Assembly (NCBI GenBank): GCA_003279685.1
Contig: QCHA01000002.1
Coordinates: 16,303 to 80,302 of the forward strand
Origin: Pelagibacteraceae bacterium AG-390-L03
GTDB lineage: Bacteria; Pseudomonadota; Alphaproteobacteria; Pelagibacterales; Pelagibacteraceae
DNA length: 64,000 bases
Direction: 5' to 3'
Positions 38,601-46,627 of this stretch are shown here, in pieces. A model generated the notes under the pieces. The model searched no databases. It saw only the letters and a program-made list of their open reading frames with translations, and was not told the DNA's origin. Numbering within the stretch: position 1 is the stretch's first letter; each line of letters begins with the position of its first letter. The position numbers and the translations under genes are program-made.

Positions 38601-39305
38601 TTAATTCTGATTACCTTTCTTTGTATCTTCTAAAGCTGCGCTATAAATTATCATTCCAAAAATGATTTTATTTAATACGTCAGCTAAATTATAAATTATG
38701 TTTAAACTGTTAATATTTGCTCCACCAGCAAGGTGCTCTATAAAGTATCCAATATGATATATTGAAAAACCTATTGTAATTATTAGTCTATTTGCAAAAA
38801 ATGCCATCTGAACTCGCTCATTATTGCAAGATGCATTTGCTCGTCCAGCATCTCCCATATAAAGCTCTCCAATGATATAAAGCCATCCAACAATACCTAC
38901 TAAGAACCCAAGAGTTACACTCATGTAACCATAAGCCCCTAAAAGTTGTGCAATAACCCAAACTAACGTCCCAACTAGCAATCTCCAGAACATTCCACGC
39001 TTAATATCTGTAACTGACTTAAGCATCACATAGAAAGTGAGTATTGTAAGTGGAAATGTTAACAGCCAATCAATATATCTTAGCGCTGTTGGTGCTTGAC
39101 CATTCAAAACCCACAAATTTTTTGCATAGAAGTAATGAATCGATGACATTAATGCTATAACACCAACTAAATTCATTACTGTTCCCCATTTTGGAGACAG
39201 TCGTCCTCTTTCAAGAAAGAAAAATATTGCTGCACCTATCATCGCTACGGATATTAACCAAAAAGATCCGCCTACTACGTCTTGTGGAAGCAATAATTTG
39301 TTCAT
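38601..39305 (-). CDS. Proteorhodopsin-family paralog with DTT motif (flotillin-associated rhodopsin)
   Basis: Seven TMs, SFW, HY, RYIDWLLTFPLTILT (D79/T83/T90), NLADVLNK (K213); adjacent to flotillin. Confidence 0.92.
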   Translation of the reverse strand: MNKLLLPQDVVGGSFWLISVAMIGAAIFFFLERGRLSPKWGTVMNLVGVIALMSSIHYFYAKNLWVLNGQAPTALRYIDWLLTFPLTILTFYVMLKSVTDIKRGMFWRLLVGTLVWVIAQLLGAYGYMSVTLGFLVGIVGWLYIIGELYMGDAGRANASCNNERVQMAFFANRLIITIGFSIYHIGYFIEHLAGGANINSLNIIYNLADVLNKIIFGMIIYSAALEDTKKGNQN

Positions 39306-39540
39306 AAGCTAAAATTTTACCCTCTCAAACTACATTTAAAGATAAAATGACACGCAAAGCAAATTAAAAGTGTTTATATTTTAAATATATAATTTTTATA
39401 TGTAGATGAAAACTTTTAGTTAAATTATGAAAAATTGAAAAAAAATTTCAAATTCAATCACTGGTAGAATTTTACAGAAAATTTTTAGTTAAATCTTATT
39501 CATTCGATCATAACTTAATTATAGAATATATTGCTTACTT

Positions 39541-40179
39541 ATGCTTTCGAAAGTCATAACTATTTCTCAGCAAAAAGGGGGTACTGGAAAAACTACCCTT
39601 GCTGTTCATCTAGCTATGGCTTTTATAAAATATCATAATTTAAAAGTTGCAATTATTGATACTGATCCTCAAGGAAGTTTGGGTAAATGGTTCATGATAC
39701 GAACAGAAAAGAAAGTTTCAAATGAAAATCTAACTTTCAAAACTGCAAGTTTATGGGGAGCACAATATGAATCAAAAACATTAAAAAATGATCATGATAT
39801 CGTTATCATTGATACCCCACCAAAAATTGAGTCAGATGCAAGACCTTCTATTGAAGCAGCAGATTTAGTTTTAATACCTATGGCTGCTTCACATGTTGAT
39901 TTTTGGGCAACAGGAGCAATAGTTGAAATAGCCAAAAAAGCAAACAAGAAAATTTTAGCACAAATTAATAGATCAAGTCAAAGATCCAAGCTTATAGATA
40001 AAACAAAAAATTTTATAAAAAGTCTAGATCTTGAGTCGACTCAAACAATTATAGGAAATAGACAAATTTATACATCTTCAATGGGCGAAGGTAAAACTGC
40101 AGTAGAAAAACAAAGAAAAGGTAATGCTGTAGATGAGATTAAAAAACTTTCAGAACAAATTTTAAATCAATTAAATTAA
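39541..40179 (+). CDS. parA: Short orphan ParA/MinD-family ATPase
   Basis: Deviant Walker A KGGTGKTT, IDTDPQGS, IIDTPP; 212 aa; no parB nearby. Confidence 0.85.
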   Translation: MLSKVITISQQKGGTGKTTLAVHLAMAFIKYHNLKVAIIDTDPQGSLGKWFMIRTEKKVSNENLTFKTASLWGAQYESKTLKNDHDIVIIDTPPKIESDARPSIEAADLVLIPMAASHVDFWATGAIVEIAKKANKKILAQINRSSQRSKLIDKTKNFIKSLDLESTQTIIGNRQIYTSSMGEGKTAVEKQRKGNAVDEIKKLSEQILNQLN

Positions 40180-40180
40180 T

Positions 40181-40648
40181 ATGTCTCTACTTCTAAATAC
40201 CACTAAAATTGTTAATGAATGGACCGATTACAACAATCATATGAATTTATCCTTTTATATATTGGTTTTTGATAAGGCTGCAGAAAAAATTTTATCAAAA
40301 TTTAATATGGGTGAAGAAGCAGCAATAAAAACAAAAAGAAGCACAATGGTTGTAGAGACACACACTACATATAATAACGAAGTTAAAGAAGAGGATGATG
40401 TAGATGTTTATCTTTCATATTGTGATCATGATAAAAAAAGATTGCACTATAAATTGGAAATGTACGAAAAAAGTAAAAATGTTCTCTCTGCAACAACTGA
40501 GGTTTTAGCTTTATATATTAACTTAGATTTGAGAAAAGTAGCAGAATTTGAAAAAGAAAAAATACTGATAATGAACAATTTTATTGATGAAAATAAATCA
40601 AAATTTAAATTTGATAACTTGAAATTTTTAAATAAACTTAAAAAATAA
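40181..40648 (+). CDS. Hotdog-fold thioesterase (CdhB/betainyl-CoA thioesterase-like)
   Basis: EWTDYNNHMN, VFD, VETH..Y..EV, DKKRLH. Confidence 0.75.
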   Translation: MSLLLNTTKIVNEWTDYNNHMNLSFYILVFDKAAEKILSKFNMGEEAAIKTKRSTMVVETHTTYNNEVKEEDDVDVYLSYCDHDKKRLHYKLEMYEKSKNVLSATTEVLALYINLDLRKVAEFEKEKILIMNNFIDENKSKFKFDNLKFLNKLKK

Positions 40649-40658
40649 CCTTAATTAA

Positions 40659-41498
40659 ATGAATACAGAAATAAAATTACTATCAGGTGCACTTGGTGCA
40701 GAAATTAAAGGAGTTGATTTAACTGATATTTCAGATGAAAATTTCAAAAAAATTAATGATTTGCTTTTAGAGCACAAAGTAATTTTTTTTAGAGACCAAC
40801 CAATTACTAAAGATCAGCAGGTAGGTCTTGCAGAAAAATTTGGTCCTTTAGAAACGCATGCTTATGTTAAAGGCTTAGAAAATTATCCAGAAATTGTAAG
40901 AATCATAAAGGGTAAAGAAGAAAAAAACCAATGGGGTGAGAATTGGCATAGCGATGTAAGTTATAATGCTAAACCAACTAAAGCAGTAATTTTAAGATCA
41001 TTAAAAATACCTCCTGTTGGTGGAGATACTTGTTTTTCTAATATGGAATTAGCATGGGAAACATTAGATCCCAAAATTCAAGATAAAATTAAAAATAAAA
41101 AAGCTATCCATAGTTCACTTGGAGCAGAATTTTTTATTGATAATTACAAGTATATGGAAGGTAATGAAAAAAGAAATTACGACTCATACTCTAACGAACA
41201 TCCAATTGTTAGAACTCATCCAGAAACAGGTAAGAAAATCCTTTATGTGAATTGGACATATACAAAACAAATTATTGGTATGGATAAAGAAGAAAGCGAT
41301 CAAATATTAAAAGAAATATTTGAACATCAATCAAGATTAGATTTAACATGTAGATTTAACTGGACTAAAGATACTGTTGCTATCTGGGACAATAGAAGTG
41401 TTATTCATTACGCAATAGCAGATTTTTTTCCTGGAAGAGGTTTAGGTTATGAAAGAATAATGGATCGTATTGCAATTGAAGGTGACCACCCTCAATAA
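40659..41498 (+). CDS. TauD/TfdA-family Fe(II)/2OG dioxygenase
   Basis: GAEIKGVDL, WHSD, GGDT, HPIVRTHPETG, WDNRSVIH. Confidence 0.9.
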   Translation: MNTEIKLLSGALGAEIKGVDLTDISDENFKKINDLLLEHKVIFFRDQPITKDQQVGLAEKFGPLETHAYVKGLENYPEIVRIIKGKEEKNQWGENWHSDVSYNAKPTKAVILRSLKIPPVGGDTCFSNMELAWETLDPKIQDKIKNKKAIHSSLGAEFFIDNYKYMEGNEKRNYDSYSNEHPIVRTHPETGKKILYVNWTYTKQIIGMDKEESDQILKEIFEHQSRLDLTCRFNWTKDTVAIWDNRSVIHYAIADFFPGRGLGYERIMDRIAIEGDHPQ

Positions 41499-41503
41499 TC
41501 TTA

Positions 41504-42040
41504 ATGCAAGTTGTAGATAAAATAATATCAAATTTTGTAAATAATAAATCTCTTTATATTGGTGAAAAAGTCACCATGTCGGAACACATGATACAAACTG
41601 CAATGCTAGCTGAAAAAGCAAAATGTAATGATAATTTAATTTGTTCATGTTTATTGCACGATTATGGTCATTTTATTTTAGAAGAACCAGATGAGTTGGT
41701 TAAACTAAATGTAGACGGTCACCATGAAAATATAGGTTATGAATATTTAAAAAGTTTTTTTAAAAAAGAGATATTAGAACCAATAAAATACCATGTTTTA
41801 GCAAAAAGATATTTGGCAAAAGATAAAAAGTACTTTGATCTTTTGTCAGATGCTTCTAAAACAAGCTTAAAACTTCAAGGTGGTGTATTAAATCAAGAGG
41901 AGAGTAATAAATTTGAAGCTCAAGAATATTTTAAACCTTCAATACTTCTTAGAAAGTTTGATGAGGCAGCGAAAAGAATTGACCTTAAAATGAAATCTAT
42001 TCATGACTATCAAAAGTTGCTAACTTCTAAACTTATATGA
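41504..42040 (+). CDS. HD-domain protein, PhnZ/TmpB-like phosphonate C-P oxygenase family
   Basis: EHMIQTA, LLHDYGH, HENIG, YHVLAKRYL, S..SL.LQGG, LRKFDEAAK. Confidence 0.8.
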   Translation: MQVVDKIISNFVNNKSLYIGEKVTMSEHMIQTAMLAEKAKCNDNLICSCLLHDYGHFILEEPDELVKLNVDGHHENIGYEYLKSFFKKEILEPIKYHVLAKRYLAKDKKYFDLLSDASKTSLKLQGGVLNQEESNKFEAQEYFKPSILLRKFDEAAKRIDLKMKSIHDYQKLLTSKLI

Positions 42041-43617
42041 AATTTGATTATCTAATTATTGGAGCTGGTTCAGCTGGATGTGTTCTTGCAAATCGACTAT
42101 CTAAAGATAGTCAAAATAACGTTGCTGTTTTTGAGGCTGGAAAACCAAGTGATATTTGGAAAGTTAATATGCCCCTTGCAATTCTTTATACAATGCATGA
42201 TCCAAAATATAATTATAAATATTATTCAGAGCCAGAACCTCATTTAAATAATAGAAATCTTTTTTGTCCAAGAGGAAAAATGATTGGGGGTTGCTCCGCT
42301 CATAATGGAATGGTTTATGTAAGAGGAAATCCAAATGATTATGAAAGATGGGCTTCTTTTGGTTTGAAAGACTGGTCTTATGATAAAGTTTTACCCTATT
42401 TTAAAAAAATTGAAACTTGGTCAGAAGGGGAAAATGATTACAGAGGTGGAAATGGAATTTTACCGGTAAACCAATCAAAAAATAAAAATCCTTTATTTAA
42501 AGCTTTTATAAATTCAGCCGGGGAAGCAGGTTATAAAATTAATGATGATATGAATGGTAAAGATCAAGAAGGTTTTGGTATGTACGATGTAACCATTCAC
42601 AAAGGAGAGCGTGCAAGTGTCTCTAAATATTATTTAAATCCTGCAAAAAAAAGAAAAAATTTAAGTGTTTTTACTGATGCTTTTGTTGAGAAGATTATTT
42701 TCGATGGAAAAAAAGCAATTGGTATTGAAGTAAAAATTAAAAATAAAGTTGAAAAAATTTATGCAAATAAAGAAGTTATCCTTAGTGGTGGTGCAATAAA
42801 TTCTCCACAATTACTAATGCTTTCAGGAGTTGGACCAAGTGAACATCTTAAAGATAAAGGAATTGATGTCGTTCATAACCTTGAAGGTGTTGGAAGAAAT
42901 TTACAAGATCACTTAGAAACATATGTTCAACAAGAGTGTAAAACTTCAGACACTCTATATTCTTATGTAAATAAGCTAAATATGATGAGAATAGGTATCC
43001 AGTGGTTTTTATCTAGAACCGGTCCCTGCTCTACTTCTTTTTTAGAAGCTGGTGGTTTTTGTAAATCTTCACCAGAAAGAGAATATCCAAATATACAATT
43101 TCATTTTTTCCCAGCTTTTGTAATTGATCATGGATTAGTTGATCCTGACCGTCATGGTTATCAACTTCATGCTAGCCCTAATCATCCAAAAAGTAGAGGT
43201 CATGTCACTTTAAATAGTTCTAACCCTTATGATTATCCAAAAATTCAATTTAATTATTTAGAACATGAGGATGATCTTAAGCAAACAATAGAATGTATTC
43301 ATGTAGCAAGAAATATTTTGGGTCAAAATTCATTAAAACCTTTTGCTGGAAAAGAAATTGGGCCTGGAGAAAATGTTCATACAAATGAACTATTTGAAGA
43401 ATATATAAGATCCAAAGCTGAAACAGCTTATCACCCATCATGCACTCTTAAAATGGGAGTGGATAATATGGCTGTAGTAGATGAAAAACTGAAAGTACAC
43501 GGTCTAGAAAATATTAGAGTAGTCGATGCATCTGTGATGCCTGAGATTACAAGTGGAAACCTAAACGCTCCAACATTAATGATAGCTGAAAGAGCTTCAG
43601 AATTTATTTTAGATTAA
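42037..43617 (+). CDS. betA: Choline dehydrogenase (GMC oxidoreductase)
   Basis: GAGSAG, CPRGKMIGG, VGRNLQDHLE, TAYHPSCT, GNLNAPT. Confidence 0.85.
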   Translation: MKFDYLIIGAGSAGCVLANRLSKDSQNNVAVFEAGKPSDIWKVNMPLAILYTMHDPKYNYKYYSEPEPHLNNRNLFCPRGKMIGGCSAHNGMVYVRGNPNDYERWASFGLKDWSYDKVLPYFKKIETWSEGENDYRGGNGILPVNQSKNKNPLFKAFINSAGEAGYKINDDMNGKDQEGFGMYDVTIHKGERASVSKYYLNPAKKRKNLSVFTDAFVEKIIFDGKKAIGIEVKIKNKVEKIYANKEVILSGGAINSPQLLMLSGVGPSEHLKDKGIDVVHNLEGVGRNLQDHLETYVQQECKTSDTLYSYVNKLNMMRIGIQWFLSRTGPCSTSFLEAGGFCKSSPEREYPNIQFHFFPAFVIDHGLVDPDRHGYQLHASPNHPKSRGHVTLNSSNPYDYPKIQFNYLEHEDDLKQTIECIHVARNILGQNSLKPFAGKEIGPGENVHTNELFEEYIRSKAETAYHPSCTLKMGVDNMAVVDEKLKVHGLENIRVVDASVMPEITSGNLNAPTLMIAERASEFILD

Positions 43618-44587
43618 CACAGATTAAGCAGATTATTTCAAACATAATTGCTGCAGCAACCATAGATGTAATTTGATTTGGATTATCTTTTGTTGGCATT
43701 AAGCAAGCAACATCACCACCAATAACGTTTTTTCCTTTTAAACATTGAATGAGTTTTCTTGCCTCATCCATATTAAAACCTCTATATGCTGACTCTATAT
43801 TTGCAACCCCTGGTGCAACGGTGGGGTCTAAACAATCTAAATCAAAAGTTATGTAAATAGGATTATCTCCTATTCTATCTAAAATCTTTTTTACACATTT
43901 TTCATGTCCCCACTCTCTATACTCATCCATAGTAATTACTTGGTAACCATTATCATAACTTGCCTGTAACCAATCTAACGTTCTTGGATTTCCTCTAATT
44001 CCAATTTGAGTACTTGTATGAGGATCTACATTTCCTTGTTTAACTAAATATGATGCCCAATGTGCTGCTGATTTTTTTGCACCTAAAAAATGATCTAATT
44101 TTTCAAAACAATCTGTATGTGCATCAAAATGAAGAAATGTAATTTTTTTTCCTTTAGTTAATTTAGAATTTTTTTTTGCTAAACTTTGAACAATTCCTCC
44201 CGTGATAGAATGGTCTCCACCAATTGATACAACTGGCTTTTCTGCTTGTTCAATTTGATCATAAAAAGCAGAAATTCTCTCAATACATTTTTCATTGTTA
44301 TTTGCTTCAGGAAAAGGAACATCACCTAAATCATGAATTTTTTTCATTTTCCAAGGGTCAATTCCGTAATCTAAATGTGATCTTTTAAGCATTGCTGAAA
44401 TATTTCTTACAGCTCGAGGACCTAAATGCTGATCTCTTTCGGTAGTACCATTTCCTGTGCTATGTGGAACACCCACTAAGGCAATATCACAGTTTTTTGG
44501 ATCAGGATCATTTTTGCATCTAAATAAAGTGGGAATACCCCACCAATAAAGAGTATCCATCATTATTTGATCTTCTTCTGAAATCAT
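43604..44587 (-). CDS. Ureohydrolase (arginase/agmatinase) family protein, divergent
   Basis: GGDHS, DAHTD, DLDCLDP metal motifs. Confidence 0.88.
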   Translation of the reverse strand: MISEEDQIMMDTLYWWGIPTLFRCKNDPDPKNCDIALVGVPHSTGNGTTERDQHLGPRAVRNISAMLKRSHLDYGIDPWKMKKIHDLGDVPFPEANNNEKCIERISAFYDQIEQAEKPVVSIGGDHSITGGIVQSLAKKNSKLTKGKKITFLHFDAHTDCFEKLDHFLGAKKSAAHWASYLVKQGNVDPHTSTQIGIRGNPRTLDWLQASYDNGYQVITMDEYREWGHEKCVKKILDRIGDNPIYITFDLDCLDPTVAPGVANIESAYRGFNMDEARKLIQCLKGKNVIGGDVACLMPTKDNPNQITSMVAAAIMFEIICLICVNLK

Positions 44588-44640
44588 AATTTAATATTGC
44601 ACAATTAATAAAAATATAAAGAAGAAAAGTTCTATGTTAT

Positions 44641-45600
44641 ATGGGGCGAATGCCTAGACAAAATAATAATCCAAAAGGAATATTATACATCTTGTTAGCC
44701 ATGATGGTTTTTTCAGTACAGGACGGAATTATGAAACATATTTATAATTTTGTTTCACTTTATGAAGTTTACTTAGTTAGAACTGTAATAAGTTTTGTAC
44801 TTATTCTAACATTTTTAATACTCACAAAAAAACCCATAGTATTTAAAAGTAAATATCCAGTTTTAACTTTTTTTCGTGTAATACTTTTTTTCTTTGGCTT
44901 TAGTTCTTTTTATATTTCTTTAACAGTACTACCACTTGGCACTGCTACAGCTTTATTTTTTGTTACTCCATTTTTAATTACAATATTTGCTCATTTTTTT
45001 TTGAAAGAAGAAATAGGAATGAGAAGATGGTCTGCTGTAGTTGTTGGATTTATTGGAGTTTATATAACTTTAAATCCTGATTTCAGTAATTTTAACTATT
45101 TAAGCTTACTGCCTATTTTATGTGCATTTTGTTATTCATTATCGATGATAATAATAAAAAAAACATCTGATAAAGATAGCGTTTATACACAAACATTTAC
45201 ATTTTACATTGGTGCAATAATTTTAAGTATAATTTTTTATTTCATTATTGGAGATGGTCAATACAACACTTCAGATCATCCAGCTTCTCAATTTATATTT
45301 AGGGAATGGTTTGTTGATTTTAATAGTAGTATTCTTCTAATGAGTATAACTGGAGTTACAGCTACCGTGGCTTTTCTTTTATTATTTACAGCTTATAGCA
45401 TAGCTTCTCCATCTGTAATTTCACCTTTTGAATATTCAATATTATTTTGGTCACCATTATTAGGATGGTTATATTTTGATGAAATACCAACATTAAGTAC
45501 CGTGATAGGAATTTTAATAATTGTATCAAGTGGTATTTATATTTTCATACGTGAAAAAGCTCAAGATCAATCTATAGCTACAGAAAAACCTCTTAGGTAA
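44641..45600 (+). CDS. DMT/EamA family transporter
   Basis: About 10 TM helices, LSIFFLKE-type motif (AHFFLKEEIG), PFEYS. Confidence 0.85.
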   Translation: MGRMPRQNNNPKGILYILLAMMVFSVQDGIMKHIYNFVSLYEVYLVRTVISFVLILTFLILTKKPIVFKSKYPVLTFFRVILFFFGFSSFYISLTVLPLGTATALFFVTPFLITIFAHFFLKEEIGMRRWSAVVVGFIGVYITLNPDFSNFNYLSLLPILCAFCYSLSMIIIKKTSDKDSVYTQTFTFYIGAIILSIIFYFIIGDGQYNTSDHPASQFIFREWFVDFNSSILLMSITGVTATVAFLLLFTAYSIASPSVISPFEYSILFWSPLLGWLYFDEIPTLSTVIGILIIVSSGIYIFIREKAQDQSIATEKPLR

Positions 45601-46569
45601 ATGACAAAAAACATAGTTCCTACTATTAATATTTCATCTATAGTAAAAAATGGTTTTGACAATTCAAAATCAATTATAGCTATTAATAAAATTAGAAATG
45701 CTTGTATTAATATTGGTTTTTTTCAAATTACAGGTCATGGTATAAGTCAAAAAGATATTAAAAATATTTGTAAAATTGGAAATAAATTTTTTAATTCATC
45801 TGAAAAAAATAAAAAAAAATTAGCTCCAAAAAAGTGGAATAAAAAAAATAAGAATACATACAGAGGCTATTTTCCAAATAGCGTTAATGGTAAAGAAGGA
45901 TTGGATTTAGGTGATCTCAAAATAACGCCTCATAATTTAAAAAAATACAGATCTCCTTTTATAGAGTATCTGGACTTAAATAAATCTTTTGATAAATCTT
46001 CTATTAAAAGTCTGTCAAATTATTTTGATGATATTTTTTCTTTAGGTGAAATATTGTTTAAAGGAATAATTAAGCTTTATAACAAAGATGATAGTATCAG
46101 TAATAGAGCTTTCTCAAGACTTAAAACTTTAAGTACATTAAGATTTAACTACTATCCTAATCAAACTAAACCAGTTGAAATTTCAAAACAAGATGGTGTA
46201 GCTCTTGGATGTGAAACGCATGTTGATAGTGGAGTTTTTACTGTTCTTTACCAAGATAAAAAAGGTGGTCTTCAAGTACAAAATAGAAAAAATAAAAAAT
46301 GGTATGATGTGCCATTTAATAAAAAAGCTTTAGTGGTAAATACAGGAAGAACATTAGAGCTTTTAAGTAAAGGAAAGTTTAAAGCAACAAATCATAGAGT
46401 GTTATGGAACAAAAGTAAGAGATTATCTGTTCCCTTTTTTTTTGAACCCTCTTACGACTTTAAAATGAATAAATGTTTCCTAAATTCAAAAGAAAATTCA
46501 AAATCAGGGCAGATATATGAAAAATTTTTAAATCGATCTTTGATGAAATTTGTCGAATATCAACGGTAA
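45601..46569 (+). CDS. Isopenicillin-N-synthase-like Fe(II)/2OG oxygenase
   Basis: GFFQITGHG, RGYF, LRFNYYP, HVD, GLQV, HRV, RLSVPFF. Confidence 0.88.
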   Translation: MTKNIVPTINISSIVKNGFDNSKSIIAINKIRNACINIGFFQITGHGISQKDIKNICKIGNKFFNSSEKNKKKLAPKKWNKKNKNTYRGYFPNSVNGKEGLDLGDLKITPHNLKKYRSPFIEYLDLNKSFDKSSIKSLSNYFDDIFSLGEILFKGIIKLYNKDDSISNRAFSRLKTLSTLRFNYYPNQTKPVEISKQDGVALGCETHVDSGVFTVLYQDKKGGLQVQNRKNKKWYDVPFNKKALVVNTGRTLELLSKGKFKATNHRVLWNKSKRLSVPFFFEPSYDFKMNKCFLNSKENSKSGQIYEKFLNRSLMKFVEYQR

Positions 46570-46627
46570 TTCACATTAAGCCATTGAATATTTGTAATTA
46601 CATTTTATAAACAATAAACAATTTTAA

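Noticed and set aside
38601-39305. Calling the rhodopsin a light-driven proton pump
   Set aside because: Proton donor is Thr, and several retinal-pocket residues are replaced.
16004-39305. Mobile element boundaries for the central block
   Set aside because: No tRNA, att-like direct repeats, transposase or visible GC shift found by eye.
39436-39452. ttgaaa-N5-tttcaa inverted repeat in the rhodopsin/parA spacer
   Set aside because: Six-base AT-rich arms are expected by chance in this composition.
39541-40179. Plasmid or prophage partition locus
   Set aside because: No parB, parS array, rep, integrase or phage genes; composition matches the flanks.
43604-44587. Gene symbol speB
   Set aside because: Substrate loops and catalytic-His region differ from agmatinase.
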